Assembly: GCA_963727525.1 (NCBI GenBank)
Contig: CAVSGO010000003.1
Span: forward strand, 451,831 to 515,830
Length of the DNA stretch: 64,000 nt
DNA from: an uncultured bacterium
GTDB lineage: Bacteria; Krumholzibacteriota; Krumholzibacteriia; LZORAL124-64-63
Direction of reading: 5' to 3'
A model generated the notes under the pieces. It did no database searches and was not told the origin of the DNA. It worked only from the letters and a program-made list of their open reading frames with translations. Position 1 is the first letter of the stretch. The number at the start of each line of letters is the position of its first letter. This document shows positions 39,953 to 49,864 of this stretch, in pieces. The position numbers and the translations under genes are program-made.

Positions 39953-42574
39953 ATGCGGATGCGTGGGACATGGTTCGCGGCCACGATGCTGCTGGCGTTC
40001 TCCACGGGCGCGGCTGCGGGCGACGCGCCGCAGACGTATCGCGATCCGTCCGCGGCGATCGACGCGCGGGTCGCCGCTCTGCTGGCGCGCATGACGCCCG
40101 AGGAAAAATTCTGGCAGCTCTTCATGCTCGCCGGCGAGTTCGATCACGACCCGTCGCAATTCCAGAACAGCCTCTATGGTCTGCAGATCTCCGCGGACGG
40201 CGACCCGGACACGACGGTTGTTCGCGTCCGTGCGCTGCAGCGGCATTTCGTCGACGAGACCCGCCTCGGTATCCCCGTCATCGTCTTTGCCGAGGCGGTC
40301 CACGGCCTGGTGCAGCGTGGCGCGACGGTCTTTCCCCAGGCAATCGCAATGGCCGCCACGTTCGACACGACGCTCGTGCGCGAGGTGGCGCGTACGGTCG
40401 CCGGCGAGTGCCGTCGCGTGGGCGTGCGCCAGGTGCTCTCGCCCGTGGTGAACCTCGCCACCGATGTGCGCTGGGGGCGAGTGGAGGAGACCTACGGCGA
40501 GTCCCCGCGCCTGGCCGTGGCGATGGCTGTGGCCTTCGTGTCGCCGCTCGAGCGCGCAGGCGTGGTCACCACGGCCAAGCACTTCATCGCCAACGTGGGC
40601 GACGGTGGGCGCGACAGCTATCCGATCGCGGTCGGCGAACGACACCTGCGCGAGGTCCTGCTGCCACCGTTCACGGCCTGCGTGCAGGAGGGCGGCAGTC
40701 GCGCGGTGATGACGGCGTACAACTCATTCGATGGGTCGCCATGCTCGGCGCATCCGTGGCTCCTGCGGCAGGTCCTACGCCGTGATCTCGGGTTCACGGG
40801 CGTGATCCTCTCCGATGCCGGCGGCGTCGGAGGTGCCAACGTCCTGCACATGACGGCGCGTGACTATGCCGACGCGGGCCAGCGCGCCCTGCGGAGCGGC
40901 CTGGACGTGATCTTCCAGACGCAATTCGCGCACCACCTGCTGTTCGAGGGGCCGTTCCTTGACGGCACGATCGACAGCACCGTCATCGACGCGGCCGTCA
41001 CGCGGGTGCTGAGGCTGAAATTCGCGCTCGGCCTGTTCGAGGATCCCCTTGGCGACCTGCGGGCCTGGCCGCGGCTGGATGGGCCAGAGAACCAACGCCT
41101 GGCGCGGCGAGCGGCCGAACGGTCGCTGGTGCTGCTCAAGAACGACCATGGTGTCCTGCCACTGAGCCCGTCCCTGAGGTCGGTCGCGGTCATCGGACCT
41201 GATGCCGACGAGCTACGGCTTGGCGGTTACACTGCGCCGACGAGCGGTCTGCGCACCTACGTCGACGCGATTCGTGATCGACTCGGTGCGAGCGTGTCGG
41301 TGATGTCTGCCGTGGGCGCGAGCCGCGAAGCGCCGCGCCTGGCGACGGTGCCGGATTCGTGCCTGAGCCGGCATGGCGACCGCGGCCTGCGCGGCGAGTA
41401 CTTTGCCAACGTCACGCTGACCGGACCTGCCGCGTTCGTGCGCACCGACGATGAGGTCGCCTTCCAGTGGACGCTCTTCGGTCCCGATCCTGAGCGCTTG
41501 CCGAACGATTTCTACTCTGTCCGCTGGATCGGGGAGGTGACGGCGCCGGGCAGGACGCCATTCCGCCTCGGCGTCGAGGGCGACGACGGCTACCGGCTCT
41601 GGGTCGACGACGTGCTCGTGGTCGACGACTGGCAGAAGACATCGTTCTCGACGCGGCTCAGCGGGTGCGCGTTCGCGCCCGGTCGGCCCCATCGTCTGAA
41701 GCTCGAGTGCTACGAGCCGATGGGTGGCGCGCGCATCCGTCTCGTGTGGGACCTCGGCCCCGTTCCGGATGCCGCGAAGCGGCGGGAGGCCGCGCTGGCC
41801 GCCGTGGCGGCGAGCGACGCCGCGGTCATCGTGGTCGGCATCGAGGAGGGGGAGTTCCGCGACCGCGCCAGCCTCGATCTGCCCGGCGATCAGGCGGAGC
41901 TGATCACCCGGGCCGCGACCCTGGGGAAACCCACAGTCGTGGTCGTGGTCGGCGGCAGCGCGGTGACGATGCGGCCGTGGCTCGATCAGGTGGACGCCGT
42001 ACTCATGGCGTGGTATCCCGGCCAGGAGGGCTCGGACGCCGTGGCCGCCGCGATCTTCGGCGACGTCGATCCGGCCGGACGCCTGCCCATCACGTTTCCC
42101 GTCGCCGAGGGCCAGTTGCCACTGGTCTTCGATCACCAGCCCACGGGTCGTGGCGACGATTACGTGGATCTCACCGGCAAGCCGCAGTTTCCCTTCGGGT
42201 TCGGCCTCAGCTACACGACGTTCCGGTACGACGGTCTGCGGATCACGCCGGCGTCGGTGGCGGCCGGCGAGACCGCCAGCGTCCACGTGCGCGTCACCAA
42301 TACCGGGCCACGTGCCGGTGACGAGGTCGCGCAGCTCTACCTGCGCGACGAGCTGGCCGGGATCACGCGGCCGGTGACCGAACTCGCAGGCTTCCAACGC
42401 CTGCACTTGGCCGCCGGCGAGAGCGCGGACGTGTCCTTCGCCGTCACGCCGGACCTCCTGACGATGCTCGGCGCCGATCTCCAGCCGGTGATCGAACCGG
42501 GGGCGTTCCGGGTGATGGTCGGCGGGTCTTCGGCAGACATCAGGCTGCGGGGGACGCTGGTCGTGGCTCGGTGA
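39953..42574 (+). CDS. GH3 beta-glucosidase/xylosidase with PA14 insert and Fn3-like domain
   Basis: RWGRVEETYGE, KHF, ILSDAG, LLKN, GIEEGE, WYPGQEG, FPFGFGLSYT; PA14 motif FYSVRW.G. Confidence 0.94.
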   Translation: MRMRGTWFAATMLLAFSTGAAAGDAPQTYRDPSAAIDARVAALLARMTPEEKFWQLFMLAGEFDHDPSQFQNSLYGLQISADGDPDTTVVRVRALQRHFVDETRLGIPVIVFAEAVHGLVQRGATVFPQAIAMAATFDTTLVREVARTVAGECRRVGVRQVLSPVVNLATDVRWGRVEETYGESPRLAVAMAVAFVSPLERAGVVTTAKHFIANVGDGGRDSYPIAVGERHLREVLLPPFTACVQEGGSRAVMTAYNSFDGSPCSAHPWLLRQVLRRDLGFTGVILSDAGGVGGANVLHMTARDYADAGQRALRSGLDVIFQTQFAHHLLFEGPFLDGTIDSTVIDAAVTRVLRLKFALGLFEDPLGDLRAWPRLDGPENQRLARRAAERSLVLLKNDHGVLPLSPSLRSVAVIGPDADELRLGGYTAPTSGLRTYVDAIRDRLGASVSVMSAVGASREAPRLATVPDSCLSRHGDRGLRGEYFANVTLTGPAAFVRTDDEVAFQWTLFGPDPERLPNDFYSVRWIGEVTAPGRTPFRLGVEGDDGYRLWVDDVLVVDDWQKTSFSTRLSGCAFAPGRPHRLKLECYEPMGGARIRLVWDLGPVPDAAKRREAALAAVAASDAAVIVVGIEEGEFRDRASLDLPGDQAELITRAATLGKPTVVVVVGGSAVTMRPWLDQVDAVLMAWYPGQEGSDAVAAAIFGDVDPAGRLPITFPVAEGQLPLVFDHQPTGRGDDYVDLTGKPQFPFGFGLSYTTFRYDGLRITPASVAAGETASVHVRVTNTGPRAGDEVAQLYLRDELAGITRPVTELAGFQRLHLAAGESADVSFAVTPDLLTMLGADLQPVIEPGAFRVMVGGSSADIRLRGTLVVAR

Positions 42575-42653
42575 CCTGAGCCGGCAGTTGGTCTTGTCGT
42601 ATGGGCCCGTCGCGGCTATGCTGCCGCCTGACCGCCATGACTGCGAGGTCGTC

Positions 42654-43094
42654 ATGATCTGCCCTGCCTGCAAGAGCCCGATGCTGGTCGTGGAGTTCGA
42701 CCGGATCGAGCTGGATCACTGCCCCGCCTGCGCGGGAACCTGGTTCGACCGCGACGAGTTGGCGCTGCTGCTTTCCGAGGGCACGTCGAACGCGCACGCC
42801 ACGCTGGAGTTCGAGGAGATCGCGGCCCAGCCCGACGCCGACGTGGACGAGGCTCCGCGCCGCTGTCCGCGCTGTGGAAAAACGATGCGCAAGGTGAACA
42901 TCGGGCCGGGCGACCGGGTACTGGTCGATGTGTGCGCGAACGGGCACGGCCTGTTCTTTGACCGCGGCGAGGTGGCCGACCTTGCCCATGGCCTTGCGCT
43001 CGAGGGAAACGACCTACCGGCCCGGGCCTTGAAATTCCTGGGCAACACGATCCGCCGCGGCGGCGCGGCACCCGAAACGGAGGACCGCTCATGA
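42654..43094 (+). CDS. Tandem zf-TFIIB (zinc ribbon) domain protein
   Basis: CPAC...DHCPACAGTWFDRDEL and CPRC...DVCANGHGLFFDRGEV. Confidence 0.88.
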   Translation: MICPACKSPMLVVEFDRIELDHCPACAGTWFDRDELALLLSEGTSNAHATLEFEEIAAQPDADVDEAPRRCPRCGKTMRKVNIGPGDRVLVDVCANGHGLFFDRGEVADLAHGLALEGNDLPARALKFLGNTIRRGGAAPETEDRS

Positions 43095-43654
43095 TCGGAT
43101 TGCTCGTCGTCCTTGGCCTGATCGTCGTGCTGATCGTCATCGTGATCGGCATTTACAACTCGCTCGTGCGCCAGCGCAATCAGGTGAAGGAAGCCTGGGC
43201 GCAGGTCGACGTGCAGCTCAAGCGTCGCTTCGACCTCATCCCCAACCTGATGGAGACGGTGAAGGGCTACATGCACCACGAGCGCGAGACGCTCGAGGCC
43301 GTGACCAACGCGCGGGCGGCGGTCGCAACGGCGGGTGCGACGGGTTCGATCGAGGCGCGGGCGCAGGCGGAGGGTGGCCTGGGCGCGGCCCTGGGGCGGT
43401 TGTTCGCGGTGTCGGAGAACTATCCCGATCTGAAGGCCAGCCAGAACTTCCTCGCGCTGCAGGAGGAGCTGACGAGTACGGAGAACAAGATCAGCTTCGC
43501 GCGACAGTTCTACAACCAGAGCGTCATGCAATACAACAACGCCACGCAGATGTTTCCCGGCAGCATCATCGCGGGCATGTTCAACTTCAAGGCAAGCAAG
43601 TTCTTCGAACTGAAGGACGAGGCGCAGCGCGAGGCACCGAAGGTTCAGTTCTAG
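43091..43654 (+). CDS. lemA: LemA family protein
   Basis: N-terminal TM; W.QVDVQLKRRFDLIPNL, ENYPDLKA, TENKI...RQFYN. Confidence 0.96.
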   Translation: MIGLLVVLGLIVVLIVIVIGIYNSLVRQRNQVKEAWAQVDVQLKRRFDLIPNLMETVKGYMHHERETLEAVTNARAAVATAGATGSIEARAQAEGGLGAALGRLFAVSENYPDLKASQNFLALQEELTSTENKISFARQFYNQSVMQYNNATQMFPGSIIAGMFNFKASKFFELKDEAQREAPKVQF

Positions 43655-43675
43655 AGGGTACGGTACTAGCCCGCC

Positions 43676-44938
43676 ATGTGGGAACAGATCGCAGCGAACA
43701 AGCGCAAGAGCGCTGTCCTGGTGGTGGTCATGGCTCTCGTGCTCGGGGGCCTGGGCTGGGCCATCGGCGAGTCGCAGGCCCAGGGCGGCGGCCCGTATGG
43801 CGTGGCGCTGGCAGCCGTCATCTGGATCATCCTCACCCTCGTGGCCTGGTTCCAGGGCGACCGGATCTATCTGGCGATTTCGGGCGCACACAAGATCTCC
43901 AAGGCGGACCTGCCGGTCCTGTACGACGTCGTCGAGGAGATGACGATCGCGGCGGGACTGCCGAAGGTGCCGGACATCTACGTCATCGACGACCCCGCGC
44001 CCAACGCCTTCGCGACCGGACGCAAGCCGGAGACGGCGGCGGTGGCGGTGACGGCAGGCCTGCTCAAGATCCTCAATCGCGACGAGTTGCAGGGCGTGAT
44101 CGCGCACGAGCTTGGTCACGTGCGCAACCGCGACATCCTGCTCATGCTCTTTGCCGGCGTGATGGCCGGCGCCATCGTGATGTTGGCCGAGGTCGGGTTG
44201 CGCGGCATGTGGTTCGGCGGTGGCCGGTCGCGGCGCTCGAGCAGCTCGAACGGCGGCGGCAGTGCGCAGGCGATCATCATGATCGTGGCCGTGGTGCTGA
44301 TGATCCTCGCACCGATCATCGCGCAGCTCATCTATTTCGCAATCTCGCGCCGGCGCGAGTACCTCGCCGACGCGTCGGCGGCCGCCTTCACGCGCTATCC
44401 CGAGGGTCTGGCCTCGGCGCTGGAGAAGATCACCAGCACCTCGGCCGACAAGCTCCGCGGTTCCAACCGAGCCAACGCGCCCATGTACATCGTCAACCCG
44501 CTGTCGGCGGCGCAGAAGGAGCCCAAGGCGCGCGCATCGGCGACCTCGACGCACCCACCCACCGCTGAGCGCGTGCGCATCCTGCGTGCGATGAGCAACG
44601 CCGGCTTCGTCGACTATGACCGCAGCTACCGCGAGGTCACAGGCAAGGGGGGCGTGATGCCGCGCTCGGCGCTCGATGACCCGCACGCGGGCGCGGGGCT
44701 GCGCGTGCAGGGCACGAAGTTCCGCGAGGCCGCGGCGGCGGCGGGCGTCTCGGCGCCGCACGCCGATACGCGGCAGCAAGCGCGGCACGTCGACGACTTT
44801 TTCTACCGCAACCAGGGCTATCGGCGCATAGAGTGCCCCTGCGGGGCGGTGCTCAAGATCCCGCCCGGTCTCACGGCTGCGCAGGTGCAATGCCCTCGTT
44901 GCAGTCGCAAACATGACGTGGACGCCGAGGCGAGCTGA
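43676..44938 (+). CDS. htpX: M48 (HtpX-like) membrane zinc metalloprotease with C-terminal Cys cluster
   Basis: PNAFATG, HELGH, SRRREYLAD, STHPP..ER; tail CPCG...CPRC. Confidence 0.9.
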   Translation: MWEQIAANKRKSAVLVVVMALVLGGLGWAIGESQAQGGGPYGVALAAVIWIILTLVAWFQGDRIYLAISGAHKISKADLPVLYDVVEEMTIAAGLPKVPDIYVIDDPAPNAFATGRKPETAAVAVTAGLLKILNRDELQGVIAHELGHVRNRDILLMLFAGVMAGAIVMLAEVGLRGMWFGGGRSRRSSSSNGGGSAQAIIMIVAVVLMILAPIIAQLIYFAISRRREYLADASAAAFTRYPEGLASALEKITSTSADKLRGSNRANAPMYIVNPLSAAQKEPKARASATSTHPPTAERVRILRAMSNAGFVDYDRSYREVTGKGGVMPRSALDDPHAGAGLRVQGTKFREAAAAAGVSAPHADTRQQARHVDDFFYRNQGYRRIECPCGAVLKIPPGLTAAQVQCPRCSRKHDVDAEAS

Positions 44939-45274
44939 TCACCAGATCAGCGGCACGTATCCTTGCTTGATGTAATCCGACACCAGCGAGCCCACGTACT
45001 TTACCTGCACGCCGAGCGCCGTGAGCCCCTCGCTCTGGCCATCGCGGTCGGCGAGGAACTTGCACGCGGCGACTGGCTCGGCGAGTTCCTGGAAGTCGTG
45101 CAGCATCACCTGCAGGTCCTCGTCCTCGAGCAGCAGGCCCTCGGCCGGCCCGAAGAACACCACCTGCACGTCGGTGAACCAGCTGTATTTGCAGGCGTTG
45201 GTGGCGTACATGAGGCCGGTCTGCGCCTTGGCGCGTTCGCCGGTGGCAATGATGATCAGGACCCTGTCGTGCAT
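44939..45274 (-). CDS. DsrE family protein
   Basis: MYATNA..W..DVQVVFFGPAE, ACK..AD pattern; 111 aa. Confidence 0.75.
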   Translation of the reverse strand: MHDRVLIIIATGERAKAQTGLMYATNACKYSWFTDVQVVFFGPAEGLLLEDEDLQVMLHDFQELAEPVAACKFLADRDGQSEGLTALGVQVKYVGSLVSDYIKQGYVPLIW

Positions 45275-45277
45275 GGA

Positions 45278-46021
45278 TCACGATCCTTTCGCGGGTGGGG
45301 TGTCGTGCCCGGCTCTCCGGGTGATGGTCGCGATGCGGGCTCGCAGGCGCTCGACGTGCGTGCCTTCCCAGTACAGCTGGTCGCAGCGTTCGCAGCGGTA
45401 GTAGGTGTCGAGCCAGCGCGCCGTACGTGGCGGGATGCGGTGTTCCACAGCGGAGCGGTCGACCAGCACCACCGGGCCGTTACAGCGCGCGCAGCGGCTG
45501 TAGGGCTGGATGCGGTCGGCAAGGTCGAAGCGGCGCACCACAGCCGCGGCCTGGTCGTCCACCCGATCGGGCAACACCAGCATACCGCGGGGGATCTCGC
45601 GCCGCTTGAGCACGGCGCGGCCGCGGGAGAGCAGTACGCGGTCTTCGGTGATGGCCTGGCGGGCCACGGCCGGTTCGCTGGGCGCAGCCACGTCGACCGT
45701 GTCGAAGCCCATGATGCGCAGCAGACGCGCCAGCTTGCCCAGGTGCGTGTCGCAAAGGAATCGAGAATCGTCCAGGGGCGCGGGCCGGACCGCGTGGGCG
45801 ACGATGGCGGCTCCGTCAAAGACGAGCGTGTCGAGCGATGCCGGCTCGCCACCGACGCTCACCGCGCCGATTTCCACGTGAGGCAGCCCGAGCGCCTCGA
45901 GGGCGTCCTTGAGCGACGTCGGCGCCGGGAGCCGCCGCGTACACGACACGGGCCCCGACCGGGGGCGGCCCGGCAGCAGCGCCGCGAGATCGGGCGCCAG
46001 CTCGATGTGCACCGTCTCCAT
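45278..46021 (-). CDS. Mut7-C ubiquitin-like + RNase (PIN-like, Zn ribbon) domain protein
   Basis: LKDALEALGLPHVE, FLCD.HLGKLARLLRIMGFD, RCARCNG, C..C..LYWEGTH. Confidence 0.9.
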   Translation of the reverse strand: METVHIELAPDLAALLPGRPRSGPVSCTRRLPAPTSLKDALEALGLPHVEIGAVSVGGEPASLDTLVFDGAAIVAHAVRPAPLDDSRFLCDTHLGKLARLLRIMGFDTVDVAAPSEPAVARQAITEDRVLLSRGRAVLKRREIPRGMLVLPDRVDDQAAAVVRRFDLADRIQPYSRCARCNGPVVLVDRSAVEHRIPPRTARWLDTYYRCERCDQLYWEGTHVERLRARIATITRRAGHDTPPAKGS

Positions 46022-46357
46022 GGCGTCGTCCTTCCCTGCGCCTCGAAGCACGCAACACTCTACCATACGCCATCGTCGCTTGCGCTGCTGTTGATCGTGG
46101 CCTCTGGCATCTGGATGCGCGGGTTCCACGTGCTGGACCTGGAAAGCGAGCCGCCGACGGTGTTGCCGGTGCGCGCGCCGCCACAGGGGAAGCCGGAGTT
46201 CGCGCAGGCCAGCAATCCGGCGACGTGGGACGAGGTGGACCAGGCGGCGGGCGTGGTTTGATTGCCAATACTCTGCGTGACGCCAAGCGTCAGAAGCTGC
46301 TCGACCACGACTTCGCCGCGATCTACGAGATCTTTCGCCGCGGCTGAGGTGCGTCGT

Positions 46358-47140
46358 TCACGCGAGCTCGCGCAGGAAGCCGACGAGTGCGGCGACGAAC
46401 GCGTCGGGCTGGTCGAGGTGCGGCCAGTGGCCGCTCGGCGCGATCTCGACCGTGGGCACGCCTGCCTGGCGCACCAGTTCGAGCGATCGCGCGCACGCGC
46501 CGTCCGGTGCGCCGGCGACGAAGAGCGCGGGCAGCGGCCGCGCCGCCAGCCGCTTGGCGAGGTCCTCGCGGGTCGAGGCCGCTACTAGCTCCTCGCTGTT
46601 CGCATGAAAGGTCCACGGATCGGCGAGCCGTAGGCTGGCGTAGTAGCCGCGCAGGGCCGCGTCGGTCACGCCCTGGCGATACACCTGCTCGCGGAGCTCG
46701 TCGAACCCGATGGCCGCGAAGACGGTGGCGTCCTGATCCGCCGCCGTGCTACTGAACGTGCAGTCGGCCAGGCTCTTGTTCCCCTCCAGGTCGACGAGGG
46801 CGCGCACCGCTTGCGGATGCCGCTCGGCCAGGAGCAGCGCCGTGACGGCGCCCAGACTGTGGCCGAGTGCCACGACAGGTCCGCGCACGAGATCGGCGAC
46901 GAGTTCGGCCAGCAGATCGGCCTGGGCCGCGAGATCGAGGGGACGGGGTGGCCAGGCGGTGCGCCCGTAGCCGGGCAGGTCGGGCGCGATGAGGCGCCAG
47001 CCCCGCAACTCGCTCCGGCGCAGCAAGGCCTCGAATCCCAGCCCCGACTCGCCGAGGCCGTGCACGAGCAGCAGGGTGCCGCCCGCATCCGCCGACCCGC
47101 CCTCGCGCAGGAAGAGTTGCCGCCACATGGCGTGTCGCAT
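46358..47140 (-). CDS. Alpha/beta fold hydrolase
   Basis: HGLGES, PDLPGYG, GHSLG, GHWP; GGGAGG RBS. Confidence 0.88.
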   Translation of the reverse strand: MRHAMWRQLFLREGGSADAGGTLLLVHGLGESGLGFEALLRRSELRGWRLIAPDLPGYGRTAWPPRPLDLAAQADLLAELVADLVRGPVVALGHSLGAVTALLLAERHPQAVRALVDLEGNKSLADCTFSSTAADQDATVFAAIGFDELREQVYRQGVTDAALRGYYASLRLADPWTFHANSEELVAASTREDLAKRLAARPLPALFVAGAPDGACARSLELVRQAGVPTVEIAPSGHWPHLDQPDAFVAALVGFLRELA

Positions 47141-47296
47141 CCCGGACCTCCCGCGCCCATACTGCCTCATCGGGAGCGAGGTCGGCAAGCGCGGACGACA
47201 AAGGCGGCGCCCGAGAATTCGCTAGAGCGCACTCCGTAAACCGGATAGTATCCGACGACATTGGACCCCGGTCGAACGGACGAACGGAGAGCGGCC

Positions 47297-48181
47297 GTGC
47301 TCGCGCTGATCGGACCCTTCGAGGCGATCCAGTACGTCGGCACACCCCTGGCGCTCGTGGCCTTCGTGGTGGCGGTGGTGGCGTATGTCATCCGGGCGCG
47401 GCTCGCCGAGCGGCGCAAGCTGCTCGAGACGGCGCCCGAGGACCGTCGGGCCGAGCTGCTCGCGGCCGCCATGCGCGACTTCTCGCCCGTGTCGACCGAG
47501 AACCTCACCCGGGAGCAGCGGTACCAGCTCGCCCTGCGGCTCATCCAGGAGCGCGCGACCCGGTTCTGGATCACGGCCGGGGTGGCTACGTTCGTTGCCG
47601 TCGTGCTCGCGATCATCGTCCTCGTCCTCGGGCCGGGCCAGGCCGCCGACGCCAGCGCGGACCTCGTGGTGCGGCTGCAAGGGCCCGCAGGCCCGGCCAA
47701 CGTGCTCGCGAGCGGTGAGGTGACCTTTCAGGCCGGCGCCCTGCGGCGGCAGGCGGCGGTGGGGCCCGACGGGCAGGCGCTCTTCGCGGGTCTCCCGCGC
47801 GCGAGCTTCGAGGGCGGCGCGACGCTCACGGCGACCGCGGACGGATACCATCCGATCGGGACCGTCACGTTCACCACCTGGCCGCCGGGCGGCGCCGTGG
47901 TCGTGCCCATGGCGCCCGACTCCACTGTCGTGCGGGGAACGGTGCTCGACGACCCGACGCGTCGGCGGCCGCTGGCCGGCGTGCAGGTGGATTTCGGAGG
48001 CGGACTCGTCGTCACGGCGAGCGATGCGCTCGGACACTTCCAGGCGATCCTGCCGCGCCCGGCGGGGGCCCGCATCGCCCTCGCGCTGCGTCGCGACGGC
48101 GTCACCGGATTCGACGATGTCGTGACGGTCGCGCCGGACCAGGACCTCGTCGTCTATTTCGAGGCAGGGACCTCGCCATGA
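47297..48181 (+). CDS. Hypothetical membrane protein: two TM helices plus carboxypeptidase-regulatory-like Ig domains
   Basis: Two hydrophobic segments flank a charged loop; C-terminal VRGTV.D...PLAGVQV...SDALGHF. Confidence 0.65.
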   Translation: MLALIGPFEAIQYVGTPLALVAFVVAVVAYVIRARLAERRKLLETAPEDRRAELLAAAMRDFSPVSTENLTREQRYQLALRLIQERATRFWITAGVATFVAVVLAIIVLVLGPGQAADASADLVVRLQGPAGPANVLASGEVTFQAGALRRQAAVGPDGQALFAGLPRASFEGGATLTATADGYHPIGTVTFTTWPPGGAVVVPMAPDSTVVRGTVLDDPTRRRPLAGVQVDFGGGLVVTASDALGHFQAILPRPAGARIALALRRDGVTGFDDVVTVAPDQDLVVYFEAGTSP

Positions 48182-49176
48182 AGCGACGGGGATTCAGCGT
48201 GGTCACGATCGTCCAGGTGACGGCCGTCCTGGCGACGTCGCTCGCCGCGGCCGAGCCCGTCGTCCTGCGCGGCCGCGTCATCACTCTCGACGGTCGGCCG
48301 GCGCCCGCCGTCCGCTTGCAGCTCGTCGGCCAGGCGGCGCAGGTGCATCTGGGGTCGGCCAGCGCCGAGTTCGCGCAGACGCTGAACGGCGCGCCGTCGC
48401 AGGTCCAGGTTGCGATCGCCGACAGCGGGCTCGCGGTGCTGTACCCCCTCGACGGTCTGGTGCCGGTCCCCCGCGATCCCGAGGTGACGGTGACGATCGT
48501 GGTCGGCAAGCCGGAATCGGCCGTGATCAGCGACGCCCTCGCCGCGCAGCTGCTGCAGCTCGAGTCCACGCTGCACGACCGCGGCGTGACCTTCGACGCC
48601 GCCCAGGACAGCCTCAGCGCGGGCCTGCGGCGCATCCTGTCGCGCCTCGGTCTGCGCGAGACCGATCTGCGCCGCGACGTGAACTTCCAGCGTGAACGGG
48701 CCGCCGCCGTGCCGCGCATCCTGCGCGCGATCGACGGCTACGTCCGCGAGCTCAAGGACCTGCGCGACGGCTTGCGTCAGTTCCCGGCGATCGCCGTCGA
48801 GAATTCCGGCGGCGCCTTTGCTCTCGCGCAGGCGATGCTCGAGTATAACGCCGCGTTCACCGAACTCGACGATCATCGGCACGCGTTCGACAGCGAGTTG
48901 CAGAGTTACTGGGCGCCCGAGCGATCGGCGGCTCTGCGCGGCGCACTCGACGACGTCTACGAGGAAGCGGCCCAGGCCATCCACGCGGCGATCGTCCTGC
49001 CGCTCAATCCGCCGCTCATCGCCATCCAGAACGCGCACGGCCACGACCACCCCTCCCGGCGCGACGTCGAGGCTGCGGTGAAGACCCTGGCCCTGGCGGC
49101 CGACGCCATCGATCGGCAGATCCCGACGCTCGTCCAGCGGGCCGATGCCCTGCGCGCGGACCTGCAGCAGGAGTGA
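48178..49176 (+). CDS. Hypothetical exported protein (N-terminal beta domain, C-terminal helical domain)
   Basis: ATGA overlap with upstream gene; signal-like N-terminus; LRGRV...DGRP motif. Confidence 0.6.
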   Translation: MKRRGFSVVTIVQVTAVLATSLAAAEPVVLRGRVITLDGRPAPAVRLQLVGQAAQVHLGSASAEFAQTLNGAPSQVQVAIADSGLAVLYPLDGLVPVPRDPEVTVTIVVGKPESAVISDALAAQLLQLESTLHDRGVTFDAAQDSLSAGLRRILSRLGLRETDLRRDVNFQRERAAAVPRILRAIDGYVRELKDLRDGLRQFPAIAVENSGGAFALAQAMLEYNAAFTELDDHRHAFDSELQSYWAPERSAALRGALDDVYEEAAQAIHAAIVLPLNPPLIAIQNAHGHDHPSRRDVEAAVKTLALAADAIDRQIPTLVQRADALRADLQQE

Positions 49177-49204
49177 CGTCTCGGTACGTCGAGGAGGCAT
49201 CCGC

Positions 49205-49579
49205 ATGAAGCGACCACGGCCCGGGCTCGGCGTGATCGTGCTGCTAGCGGTGATGGTCGCCGGGTGCGGCGGTGACGATGGCGGCACCACGGCGCCGATC
49301 GTGACCATCACGAATTCCTGGGCCGACGTGTCGGACGCGGCGCATACCTTCGACCTGCTCTCGAACGACGACGGCCAGACCCAGGGCACGTTCACCGGGA
49401 CGGAGACCCTGCCGGATCAATCGACATTCGACCTTGCCGGCTCCTGGGCCGACGGCGAGGTGCGCTTCACGGTGCAGCGGTCGTCCCCGGTCACCTACCT
49501 GGCCACGGTCACGAGCGAAAATCCGCTTCGCCTGACTTTCCATTCCTCCGCCGGCGACCTCACGATCGAGCGCCAGTGA
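49205..49579 (+). CDS. Hypothetical small beta-rich lipoprotein
   Basis: GAGGAGG RBS; lipobox VAGC. Confidence 0.7.
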   Translation: MKRPRPGLGVIVLLAVMVAGCGGDDGGTTAPIVTITNSWADVSDAAHTFDLLSNDDGQTQGTFTGTETLPDQSTFDLAGSWADGEVRFTVQRSSPVTYLATVTSENPLRLTFHSSAGDLTIERQ

Positions 49580-49835
49580 CGGCCATCCGCCCTGTCGACC
49601 GTCACCACGGATGCTGACCTGCCCTGCGAAATGGCGACGATGCGACCCGTGGGCCGCCGCGATGTGGTGCCGCATTGCTAGCCAGATATCGTCAGGAAAG
49701 GCGGCGTTCTTGTTGCTCTTCGTCAGGAAGGGGAAGAACGTCTGCAATATTACATATGATGCCTATCTGTCTATAGTCAAAAATAATTTTCTTCCTGCAA
49801 ATATCCTGTTCGGCGCCATATGCGGGAGAAGGTGG

Positions 49836-49864
49836 TTGACGCTCGGATCGAAGATCGATAGAGT
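49836..49864 (+). promoter_or_regulatory. Putative sigma70 promoter for the 49950 gene
   Basis: TTGACG-17 bp-TAGAGT, downstream of an AT-rich tract (49740-49805). Confidence 0.55.

Noticed and set aside
46060-46261. Short + strand hydrophobic peptide (LALLLIVASGIWMRGF...)
   Set aside because: No clear start or RBS and no family motif; may be a remnant but cannot be supported
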